A DNA stretch of 32,000 nt, taken from NCBI GenBank assembly GCA_037444445.1, contig JBBIMK010000022.1, forward strand, positions 1 through 32,000. The letters run 5' to 3'. Made by a program: the position numbers and the translations under genes. The notes beneath the pieces are model-generated. The model had not been told where the DNA came from. It saw nothing but the letters and a program-made list of their open reading frames with translations, and did not search any database. Positions within the stretch are counted from its first letter, which is position 1. Each line of letters opens with the position of its first letter. Positions 8,431 through 16,442 of this stretch are shown piece after piece. Source of the DNA: a bacterium. Lineage in GTDB: Bacteria; UBP7; UBA6624; JBBIMK01.

Positions 8431-9450
8431 ATGAAGCCTATCTACTGGGACAATGGCATAGTGAAATTACTGGACCAAAGGCTTTTGCCTGATAAAGAAG
8501 TTTATGTGGAAGTCAAATCGGTGAAGGAGATGGCGAACGCACTGCGAGAGATGAGAATACGGGGTGCGCCCAATGTGGGTATTGCCGGGGCGTATGGCAT
8601 CGTTCTGGGCATCTGGAACTACTTCGGCTCGGTGGGTGACCTGCCGGAGGTGTACCACTCGTGGTGCGAGTGGCTTCAGAAAGCCCGCCCCACCGCCTAC
8701 AACCTTGCGCGAGCCCTCTCGCTTTTCCGCCCGTTGTTCCAGCCTGAAAACCTGAGTTCTACCTCTTTATCCGAATTAAAAGAGCAATCGTTATACATCG
8801 CTCACGGGTTGGTTCAAGCAGAGGAATCCGCCTGCGAACGCATTGGGACCCACGGAGAGCGTTTGATTCCACCGCGGGGTCGCATTCTCACCCTGTGCAA
8901 CACGGGGAGCCTGGCCGCTTACGGTATCGGAACTGCCCTCGGCATCATCCGGAAAGCCCATCAAGCCCGGAAAAATATCTTCGTCTGGGTGATGGAAACC
9001 CGCCCCTGGCTCCAGGGCGCCCGCCTCACCGCCTGGGAACTCCAGCAGGATAAAATCCCCTTCCGTCTGATTGTAGACTCCGTCGCCGGCCAACTGTTCA
9101 GGGAAAAGCAAGTGGATTTAGTGTTGGTGGGCGCCGACCGAATCGCCCATAACGGCGATACCGCTAACAAAATCGGCACTTACCCCCTGGCCATCCTCGC
9201 CCACTACCACGACATCCCCTTCTATGTGGCTGCGCCCAGAAGTACCTTTGAGACCACCCGCCACGACGGCTCCCACATCCCCATAGAAGAACGCCCGGAA
9301 GAGGAAGTCCTCACCTTCCACGGCATCGCCGTGGCACCCCCACAAACCAGAGCCTACAACCCCGTCTTTGACATCACCCCCGCCTACCTCATCACCGCCT
9401 TCATCACCGACACCGGCGTCTATTCTCCCTCCCAGATTCCCGCCCTCTAA
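8431..9450 (+). CDS. mtnA: S-methyl-5-thioribose-1-phosphate isomerase (eIF-2B alpha/beta/delta family)
   Basis: 339 aa. The N-terminal IYWDNGIVKLLDQRLLP, IRGAPNVGIAGAYG, CNTGSLA and VGADRIAHNGDTANKIGTY are all typical MtnA/IF-2B motifs. GGGGGAG RBS upstream. Confidence 0.85.
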   Translation: MKPIYWDNGIVKLLDQRLLPDKEVYVEVKSVKEMANALREMRIRGAPNVGIAGAYGIVLGIWNYFGSVGDLPEVYHSWCEWLQKARPTAYNLARALSLFRPLFQPENLSSTSLSELKEQSLYIAHGLVQAEESACERIGTHGERLIPPRGRILTLCNTGSLAAYGIGTALGIIRKAHQARKNIFVWVMETRPWLQGARLTAWELQQDKIPFRLIVDSVAGQLFREKQVDLVLVGADRIAHNGDTANKIGTYPLAILAHYHDIPFYVAAPRSTFETTRHDGSHIPIEERPEEEVLTFHGIAVAPPQTRAYNPVFDITPAYLITAFITDTGVYSPSQIPAL

Positions 9451-9493
9451 AATAACTGAGATTTTGGGGTCTGACCCCATTTCCTCAATTATT
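9451..9493. repeat. REP-like nested palindrome, arm type A/A
   Basis: AATAACTGAG-ATTTTGGGGTCTGACCCCATTTC-CTCAATTATT, starting directly after the mtnA stop codon. Confidence 0.85.
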
Positions 9494-9518
9494 TTATAAT
9501 TGAAGTAGTGAGATAGAG

Positions 9519-10463
9519 ATGCCTCGCCCACCTCGCCTGGAATTTGAGGGTGCCTTCTACCATATCTTTTCCAGAGGGAATAACCGCCAGCCCATCTTTT
9601 ACTCCGATGATGACCGCAACTTCTTCCTGAAGGTTCTGGAGGAATGCCGGGAGAAATTTCAGGTGAAAATGTTCGCCTTCTGCCTGTTAACCACTCATTT
9701 CCACCTGCTCCTGGAAACGGAAAAGCCGAACCTCTCCAAACTCATGCATGACTTCCTCACCCGGTATGCCGTCTACATCAAGAGGAAGTATGCTGCGGAA
9801 GGGCATATATTTCAGGGGCGATATCACGCTATTTTGTGCGACAAGGACGCATATTTTCTGGCATTGACCCGGTATATCCACTTGAATCCTTATCGTGCAG
9901 GGTTGTGCGATAGGGCATCTGACTACCCCTGGAGCAGTTTTTCCGCTTATTTTAACTTACCCTGCAAATATCCACTGAAAATTGACACCTCTCCTCTCCT
10001 TCAGGTAGCGGGAGGGAGAGAAGCCTATTTCCGTTTCCTCCAAGATGAAATCGAAGGGCTCACACCGATGTGGGAACCCAGGGTTCATCGTGGTTTTCTG
10101 GGCTCTGCTGAATTTATAAAAAAAGTGCTGGAAAGGGTGAAACGCAAGGGATGGGAAAAGATGAAACAGCGGGCTCTTCACGGGAGGTTCTGGCATCTGG
10201 AGAAAACCGCTCTGGAGCAACTGGTGAACGCAGTCAGCCAGTTTTACCAGATAAGTCCGGAAATGATTCGGGGGGCCTCTCGGGTCAGGAAAATAGCCAG
10301 AGCTCGGGGAGTTTTAGCCTATCTGGCGAGGCAAAAACTGGGGCTCAGTTTATCTTCTCTGGCGGAATATCTGGGTGGAGGGGAAGGGAAACTGTATTAC
10401 TGGATGAGCAAGGTTCAGAGAAATGAAAAATGGAAACAAGAGGTGGAGAGAATTCTAAAATAA
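9519..10463 (+). CDS. IS200-like HUH/Y1 transposase-family protein (RayT-like) with a C-terminal DnaA_C-like helix-turn-helix extension
   Basis: 314 aa. Visible motifs are YHIFSRGNNRQPIF, the HUH motif THFHLLLE, GHIFQGRY and the catalytic-Tyr region RYIHLNPYRAGL. The C-terminal segment RKIARARGVLAYLARQKLGLSLSSLAEYLG resembles the DnaA C-terminal DNA-binding domain. REP-like palindromes flank the gene on both sides. Confidence 0.85.
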   Translation: MPRPPRLEFEGAFYHIFSRGNNRQPIFYSDDDRNFFLKVLEECREKFQVKMFAFCLLTTHFHLLLETEKPNLSKLMHDFLTRYAVYIKRKYAAEGHIFQGRYHAILCDKDAYFLALTRYIHLNPYRAGLCDRASDYPWSSFSAYFNLPCKYPLKIDTSPLLQVAGGREAYFRFLQDEIEGLTPMWEPRVHRGFLGSAEFIKKVLERVKRKGWEKMKQRALHGRFWHLEKTALEQLVNAVSQFYQISPEMIRGASRVRKIARARGVLAYLARQKLGLSLSSLAEYLGGGEGKLYYWMSKVQRNEKWKQEVERILK

Positions 10464-10502
10464 CTGAAATTTTGGGGTCTGACCCCAAACTATGACATTA
10501 TT
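10459..10502. repeat. REP-like nested palindrome, arm type A/B (chimeric)
   Basis: AATAACTGAA-ATTTTGGGGTCTGACCCCAAAC-TATGACATTATT. It contains the TAA stop (10461-10463) of the first RayT-like gene. Confidence 0.85.
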
Positions 10503-10554
10503 TTGTAACTTTTTCCCCCGAGAGGAGTTGATATAGTATTGGAGGTGAAATAAA

Positions 10555-11430
10555 ATGACGGAGAAAATCCGCCGAATTTTTTTCTTGATGGTGGCTACGG
10601 TCTTCCTGGGGTTATGGGTGTTTTCCCTCCCACTACTGGCTGGAGAAGCGGGGAAAGGGGAACGGGAGAAGATGATCTGGTTTGGCTCCTATCTTCAGCC
10701 CGCCAACCCTGACATCGCTAAAGGATTGTTGGAGGAGATTCAGCCCACGCCAGAACAGGTGCAGAAAATTCAAGCCCTGTATGAGGAGATGGGAAAAAAT
10801 TTCCCACCCCTGGTGAAATCTTATCTGGACGGAATGAAGCAAATCGGAAAAACCATTTCCAAAAAGCCCCTCCAGGAAAAAGAACTGGACAATTCTTTGA
10901 AAGCATTCTTTGAGAACGAGCGAAAAATCTTAAAATCTGAAATTTCCTTCTGGGAATCCTTCCTGAAGATTTTAGGGGATGAGAAAGGAACTCATTTTAT
11001 GGGGGGCTACTTTCAGCAAGCGAAGGAGAAAGGGCTAAGCCCGGTGCCGTTCATCGGCGCCATTCTGGCGCCCTTGCCCGAGGACACAGGGTCTGCTCTT
11101 GCCTTCTTCATTGAACTCCAGCCGGAGCAGTTGAACCAACTTACCCCTCTTCTCCCCAAATATGTAGACTCCTTCACTGCTCTGATTCCCGAATATGTGA
11201 ACGGGCTGTCCTCGCTTATGCAAGAGTTCCAGAAGGGCTTCCCTTTCGCCTGGGATAAAATCCAGAAGAAAGCGGATGGACTTGTGGACACAGAAGCGAA
11301 ATTGGTTCATCATGAAGTGAGCCTCTGGAAGGATTTGAACGGAATCCTCACGGAGGACCAGGTAGCCATGTACTGGCCTGTATTCTTCTGGGAGAAGGTG
11401 AAGATGTTTCTTCCGGCGCCTCAAAAATAA
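10555..11430 (+). CDS. Secreted periplasmic protein with two Spy/CpxP-like (LTXXQ-type) helical repeats
   Basis: 291 aa with a signal peptide (FFLMVATVFLGLWVFSLPLLAGEA). LTXXQ-like motifs are present (PTPEQVQKI, LQPEQLNQL, LTEDQVAMY), and the two halves have similar helical layout. GGAGGTG RBS. The family assignment is tentative. Confidence 0.6.
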   Translation: MTEKIRRIFFLMVATVFLGLWVFSLPLLAGEAGKGEREKMIWFGSYLQPANPDIAKGLLEEIQPTPEQVQKIQALYEEMGKNFPPLVKSYLDGMKQIGKTISKKPLQEKELDNSLKAFFENERKILKSEISFWESFLKILGDEKGTHFMGGYFQQAKEKGLSPVPFIGAILAPLPEDTGSALAFFIELQPEQLNQLTPLLPKYVDSFTALIPEYVNGLSSLMQEFQKGFPFAWDKIQKKADGLVDTEAKLVHHEVSLWKDLNGILTEDQVAMYWPVFFWEKVKMFLPAPQK

Positions 11431-11468
11431 CTGAGATTTTGGGGTCTGACCCCATTTCCTCAGTTATT
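11426..11468. repeat. REP-like nested palindrome, arm type A/A with perfect arms
   Basis: AATAACTGAG-ATTTTGGGGTCTGACCCCATTTC-CTCAGTTATT. It fills the whole gap between two convergent genes and overlaps both stop codons. Confidence 0.9.
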
Positions 11469-12075
11469 ATAAGATGACGGTGGAACCGGAGAAAAGAGAG
11501 GCAAAGCGTTCCGCATCCTTCCGGTTTCCCACAATGTCACCCCAGTGCATAGGGACTACGGTAGCGGGATGAAAAGTATTGGCTGCCTTCGCCGCCTCCT
11601 CAGCGGTCATCACATAAACGCCGGAGACGGGCAAGAGGGCGATATCAATATTCTTCAGCCCATTCATTTCCGGGATGGCATCCGTATCGCCGGCGTGATA
11701 GATTCTCTTGCCACCCACCGTGACCACATAACCCACCCATTGATTTTTTTTCGGGTGAAAGTCCTTATTCAGGTTATAGGCGGGCACCGCTTCTACGGTG
11801 ACATCGCCCACGGTGAGAATGTCGCCGGGCTTCACAAACTTCAAACTTCCCGGCAACCCTTTGCAATCCGGAGTGGCAATGATGGCGGTCTGCTCCGTCG
11901 CCACCTTCTTCACATCCTCCACCGAGAAGTGGTCAAAATGAGAATGAGTAATGAGAATCAGGTCAGCCTTCTCCCCACTGGCGATTTTCCACGGGTCAAA
12001 ATAAATCACCTTCCCGCCCATCTTCAGGTGAAAGGAGGCATGCCCCAGCCATTTCAATCCTTCTATACCTGCCAT
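11467..12075 (-). CDS. MBL-fold metallo-hydrolase (UPF0173-like)
   Basis: 202 aa. Metallo-beta-lactamase motif ILITHSHFDHF (HxHxDH), with downstream HAGD and PMHW metal-ligand regions. Confidence 0.85.
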   Translation of the reverse strand: MAGIEGLKWLGHASFHLKMGGKVIYFDPWKIASGEKADLILITHSHFDHFSVEDVKKVATEQTAIIATPDCKGLPGSLKFVKPGDILTVGDVTVEAVPAYNLNKDFHPKKNQWVGYVVTVGGKRIYHAGDTDAIPEMNGLKNIDIALLPVSGVYVMTAEEAAKAANTFHPATVVPMHWGDIVGNRKDAERFASLFSGSTVIL

Positions 12076-12212
12076 TTTTCATCACCCTAATAAAGTATAC
12101 AGGTCGCCTGTGGAGGTGACAAGGGGAGCGACAGGTTCGCGCCGACTTCATCGGGACGAGGCTTACTCATCCCCTGCACCTCAGTTGTGAAACCGGATGC
12201 TGAACCCTGGAC

Positions 12213-12239
12213 TTGACTTGTTTTAAACTATGATATAAT
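12213..12239 (+). promoter_or_regulatory. Candidate sigma70-type promoter for the 1385-aa surface protein gene
   Basis: TTGACT (12213-12218), a 15-nt spacer, then TGATATAAT (an extended -10 form; TATAAT at 12234-12239), about 43 nt upstream of the GTG at 12282. Pattern match only. Confidence 0.35.
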
Positions 12240-12281
12240 ACTATTTTGATGCTCGTCATTCACCATACGGAGGTGGAAATT

Positions 12282-15200
12282 GTGAAAAAGGGGAGCAGAG
12301 TTTTTTTCATCGGTGGGCTGGTGATTCTGTCGGTTTTCACGGGGTGCTGGGGGAATAACGCGCCGTTTCCACAACCCCCTGCCCCTGTGGCGTTTCTATC
12401 GGCTCTACCCGGTAATGGGCAGGCTATCCTGGACTGGAATGATTCCCCCGACCCCCATTTTGCGGGATATAATCTCTATCGCGCTCTGATTTCGGGAGGT
12501 CCCTATACGAAACTCAACGCCACCCTGTTGTTAGGCTCTACTTACACCGATACTGGTTTGACCAACGGCACCACCTATTATTATGTGGTTCGTGTGATGA
12601 ATAAGCAGGGTATGGAGGGTCCGCCATCCGACCCAATCTCCGTGACGCCGAGGACGGATTTCACCCCTCCAGCCGCCCCTCAAGGGTTCACCGCCTTCGC
12701 CGGGGACAATTTCGTCCTCCTGAACTGGGCTCCCAACAACGAGCCCGACCTCTCCCATTACTTCCTTTACCGGAATACTTTCCCGGGCATTCCACAAACA
12801 GAAGCCTTCAGGATTGCTCGCATCAACCCCGCGAACTCTTACAACGACGCCTCCGTCACCAACGGCACCACCTACTGGTATTGCGTCAGCGCTGTGGACA
12901 CTTCTAATAACGAGAGCCCCTGCTCTATTGTTTTAATGGTAACCCCCGTATTAGACATCGTGGACCCGGTGGTGACGGTTCTTTCACCTAACGGCGGAGA
13001 GGTCATAGATAACGGCTCGCCCACCCTACTCCAGTGGACTTCTTCGGATAATATCGGTGTTTTGGCCCAGGAGATTCGTTTATCCACCGATGGCGGTAAT
13101 ACTTATCCCACCGTGATTGCCACGGGTTTGCCCGGCGCCCAGCAATCCTACACCTGGAATGTGCCGAGCAATTTAGCCAGCACCACCGCCCGGATAAAAG
13201 TCATCGCCACGGATGCTTCTGGAAATTCCGGTGAGGATGCTTCCGACGCCAACTTCACCATTCGGGACGGCGTTCCACCCTCTATACAGGTGAATTCCCC
13301 CAACGGGGATGAAACATTTAATGCAGGCTCCCCGATGACCATTCAATGGACTTCTTCCGATAATATCGGCGTAACCGAGCAGAATGTTTTCCGCTCCTCC
13401 GATGGCGGAGCAAACTGGCAGGCGGTGGAAGCCTGCCAGAACCTGCCCGGCAATGTTCAATCCTGCACTGTAACCCCGCCAGCAGATTTGAATAGCACCA
13501 CTATGCGGGTGAAAGTAGAAGCAAAAGACGCAGCCGGCAACTCCAGCGAGGACGCCTCGGATGGCAACTTCACCATCCAGGATGTCACGAACCCCCTTGT
13601 TCAGGTTACTTATCCCAACGGGGGTGAATCCTTCAATAACAATCAGCAGGTGGACATCACCTGGACCTCCAGCGACCCGAACCAGAGCAGTGGCTGGGGG
13701 CCCGCTGCGGTTGCAACCCAGACCGTGGCTTACTCCACGGATAATGGACAAACCTGGACTGACATAGGGGACTGTATCGGGCTTCCTGACACCGTTTTCA
13801 ACTGCCCCTGGACTGTTCCCAATGATGTGGCAACGACCCAGGCACTTGTGCGGGTCACCGTCACCGACACCGCCAATAATACCACTTCCGACTCTTCCGA
13901 TGGCACTTTCACCATCAATGACATCATTAACCCCACCGTCGCTGTGACTTCGCCCAACGGGGGTGAAACATTTAATGCAGGCTCCCCGATGACCATTCAA
14001 TGGACTTCTTCCGATAATATCGGCGTAACCGAGCAGAATGTTTTCCGCTCCTCCGATGGCGGAGCAAACTGGCAGGCGGTGGAAGCCTGCCAGAACCTGC
14101 CCGGCAATGTTCAATCCTGCACTGTAACCCCGCCAGCAGATTTGAATAGCACCACTATGCGGGTGAAAGTAGAAGCAAAAGACGCAGCCGGCAACTCCAG
14201 CGAGGACGCCTCGGATGGCAACTTCACCATCCAGGATGTCACGAACCCCCTTGTTCAGGTTACTTATCCCAACGGGGGTGAATCCTTCAATAACAATCAG
14301 CAGGTGGACATCACCTGGACCTCCAGCGACCCGAACCAGAGCAGTGGCTGGGGGCCCGCTGCGGTTGCAACCCAGACCGTGGCTTACTCCACGGATAATG
14401 GACAAACCTGGACTGACATAGGGGACTGTATCGGGCTTCCTGACACCGTTTTCAACTGCCCCTGGACTGTTCCCAATGATGTGGCAACGACCCAGGCACT
14501 TGTGCGGGTCACCGTCACCGACACCGCAGGCTTGTCATCCTCCGACACCTCTGACGCTACTTTCACCATCGTGGATTCCATCCCCCCCAGTGTGACGGTG
14601 AATGCCCCCAACGGCGGTGAAAATGTTCCCGGCGGCGCTACTTATAACATCCAGTGGACCTCCAGCGATAACATCAGCATCACCGACCAGGATGCCTATG
14701 TTTCCACCGATTCCGGCGCCAACTGGGTGGCTATTTCTGAATGCCAGAATGTGGTGGGTCAGCAGTGCGCCTGGAATACACCCGCCATCAACAACACCAC
14801 CTCCCGGGTTCGGGTTTGCGTCAATGATGGCGTCAACCCTGAAGTCTGCGACGATTCTGATGCGGATTTTTCTATCCTCACTGACACGACTCCACCGGAA
14901 ACCACGATTACCTCCGGACCTGCCGAAGGCTCCTTCTCCAATCAAAATACCGCCACCTTTGAATTTACCGGTAATGACCCACCACCCAATCCTTCTGGTA
15001 TCAACCGTCTTGAGTGCAACCTGGACAACGCTGGCTGGAATACCTGCACCTCACCTTTTACTACGCCGGCCCTCACGGATGGACTCCATAACTTCCAGGT
15101 CCGGGCTGTGGATAACCTGGGCAACATAGATGCAACCCCGGATTTCAGAAACTGGACCGTGGATACTACACCTCCCGACCTCACCATCACCGCTCCCACT

Positions 15201-16436
15201 GCGAACGGCCATGTTGCCGGTGGAACAGGCTATCAAATCCAATGGACCTCCTCCGATGCAGTCTCTGGCCTGGCAGGCCACTCCAGCCTCCAGTATTCCA
15301 CGGACAGCGGAACGAACTGGACCGACATCCCCGAGGCGGAGTGTTCGGGCTACACCGCTCCCACCGCCCAGGATTGCACCTGGAATGTGCCGGCGAATCT
15401 CTGGACGCCGACCGCCACCGCAAAACTTCGCCTCACTGCTACAGATAATGCAGGAAACACCCGAACCTCTGAATCTGAACTCTTCTTATTTGACGATGTG
15501 AGCCCACCCACACCACCCACTGTGATTGCTCCCAACGGTGGAGAAATGGTGGATGCCCCCTCCACCTATACCATTGAGTGGACCTCGCCCACGGATAATG
15601 TGGGAATCCAGAACTGCGACATCCTGCTATCCACCGATGGCGGAGCCACCTACCCCACCACCATCGCCGCCGGCATCCCCTGCTCCACCTACGCCTGGAG
15701 TGTGAACCCTGACCTCTTCACCGGCAAAGCCCGTATCCGCGTGGTCGCCCACGACCTCGCTGGTAATACCAGCGATGACGATTCTGACGCCAACTTCATT
15801 ATCGTTTTCTACGAACGCTGGGAAAGTGAAGCAGACCCCACTGCATTTGGAGAACAACACCCCACAACCTTCCTAATGCGTTGGTGGCAATTCCTTTTTG
15901 GCGGTGATGCTAACTGTCCAGGACCTCCAACCAATCCTTATAGATGGTATTTTGGAGATGACAATGGCGTCTTTGGTGCCCCACAGGGTAACCACTCTCC
16001 GAACTGGTTCCGCTGGGATGTGTGTAACAACGACCCGAATTACTATTATCCACCGGGTGATCAACTTGGCCTCGTTGCCGGGCCATTTGACTTCACCGAT
16101 GCCACAGCGGGAACTTTGAACCACAACTCCCAGTGGGCTTTTGACAACGAGGATATAGGCAGATTGCTCATCAGTGCTCCGCTGGCTTCCCCTACATCGG
16201 CGTGTAACACTGCTGCCACTTATTATTTGCTGGACCACATCACTGGCACAAGCCCGAACTTCGGAACGGCCTTTGAATCTATTTCTATTGACCTTTCCAC
16301 CATCACCACTCCGGAGGGACCCGTTCTCGGCACCACCCGATGTATCGGTTTTATCACCTTTGATATAGATGGTGATGGAGACGGAGGAATCGGGTTCGGC
16401 TGGTTTATTGACGACATCCGTGTAACCAAAAACTGA
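12282..16436 (+). CDS. Giant modular cell-surface lipoprotein: 2 FN3-like modules, 8 Asp-box-containing Ig-like modules, 1 FxF..C.LD..C.SP Ig-like module and an orphan C-terminal domain of about 200 aa
   Basis: The ORF is open from 12246 (TTG), but GGAGG at 12269-12273 followed by GTG 12282 gives the better start. Lipobox LSVFTG|C. FN3-like segments are present (GYNLYR...TNGTTYYYVV, HYFLYRN...TNGTTYWYCV). Modules of about 105 aa repeat with the pattern SPNGGE..W[TS]SSDNIG..S[ST]DGG..W..(Asp-box)..D..GN...D.SD..F.I. The C-terminal W/D/N-rich domain matches no family I know. Confidence 0.85.
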   Translation: MKKGSRVFFIGGLVILSVFTGCWGNNAPFPQPPAPVAFLSALPGNGQAILDWNDSPDPHFAGYNLYRALISGGPYTKLNATLLLGSTYTDTGLTNGTTYYYVVRVMNKQGMEGPPSDPISVTPRTDFTPPAAPQGFTAFAGDNFVLLNWAPNNEPDLSHYFLYRNTFPGIPQTEAFRIARINPANSYNDASVTNGTTYWYCVSAVDTSNNESPCSIVLMVTPVLDIVDPVVTVLSPNGGEVIDNGSPTLLQWTSSDNIGVLAQEIRLSTDGGNTYPTVIATGLPGAQQSYTWNVPSNLASTTARIKVIATDASGNSGEDASDANFTIRDGVPPSIQVNSPNGDETFNAGSPMTIQWTSSDNIGVTEQNVFRSSDGGANWQAVEACQNLPGNVQSCTVTPPADLNSTTMRVKVEAKDAAGNSSEDASDGNFTIQDVTNPLVQVTYPNGGESFNNNQQVDITWTSSDPNQSSGWGPAAVATQTVAYSTDNGQTWTDIGDCIGLPDTVFNCPWTVPNDVATTQALVRVTVTDTANNTTSDSSDGTFTINDIINPTVAVTSPNGGETFNAGSPMTIQWTSSDNIGVTEQNVFRSSDGGANWQAVEACQNLPGNVQSCTVTPPADLNSTTMRVKVEAKDAAGNSSEDASDGNFTIQDVTNPLVQVTYPNGGESFNNNQQVDITWTSSDPNQSSGWGPAAVATQTVAYSTDNGQTWTDIGDCIGLPDTVFNCPWTVPNDVATTQALVRVTVTDTAGLSSSDTSDATFTIVDSIPPSVTVNAPNGGENVPGGATYNIQWTSSDNISITDQDAYVSTDSGANWVAISECQNVVGQQCAWNTPAINNTTSRVRVCVNDGVNPEVCDDSDADFSILTDTTPPETTITSGPAEGSFSNQNTATFEFTGNDPPPNPSGINRLECNLDNAGWNTCTSPFTTPALTDGLHNFQVRAVDNLGNIDATPDFRNWTVDTTPPDLTITAPTANGHVAGGTGYQIQWTSSDAVSGLAGHSSLQYSTDSGTNWTDIPEAECSGYTAPTAQDCTWNVPANLWTPTATAKLRLTATDNAGNTRTSESELFLFDDVSPPTPPTVIAPNGGEMVDAPSTYTIEWTSPTDNVGIQNCDILLSTDGGATYPTTIAAGIPCSTYAWSVNPDLFTGKARIRVVAHDLAGNTSDDDSDANFIIVFYERWESEADPTAFGEQHPTTFLMRWWQFLFGGDANCPGPPTNPYRWYFGDDNGVFGAPQGNHSPNWFRWDVCNNDPNYYYPPGDQLGLVAGPFDFTDATAGTLNHNSQWAFDNEDIGRLLISAPLASPTSACNTAATYYLLDHITGTSPNFGTAFESISIDLSTITTPEGPVLGTTRCIGFITFDIDGDGDGGIGFGWFIDDIRVTKN
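13310..13873 (+). repeat. Intragenic direct repeat, copy 1 (564 bp, identical to copy 2)
   Basis: I compared 13310-13873 base by base with 13964-14527 and found no mismatch. The period is 654 bp (218 codons, two Ig-like modules). Confidence 0.9.
13964..14527 (+). repeat. Intragenic direct repeat, copy 2 (564 bp, identical to copy 1)
   Basis: See copy 1. Identity breaks at 13309/13963 on the left and 13874/14528 on the right. Confidence 0.9.
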
Positions 16437-16442
16437 ACATTC

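Larger units (their letters stand above)
9451..10502 (+). mobile_element. REPtron-like unit 1: REP copy, RayT-like gene, REP copy
   Basis: The HUH/Y1 gene at 9519-10463 is bracketed by palindromic elements at 9451-9493 and 10459-10502. The downstream element contains the gene's TAA stop. Confidence 0.55.

Noticed and set aside
11545-12090. 181-aa plus-strand ORF
   Set aside because: It is fully antisense to the MBL-fold hydrolase gene, which carries the diagnostic HxHxDH motif. The plus-strand translation has no recognisable features.
13173-14405. 410-aa minus-strand ORF inside the 1385-aa surface protein gene
   Set aside because: It is antisense to a frame with clear repeated-domain structure. 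Its own internal repeat merely mirrors the 564-bp duplication, and it has no RBS or recognisable motifs.
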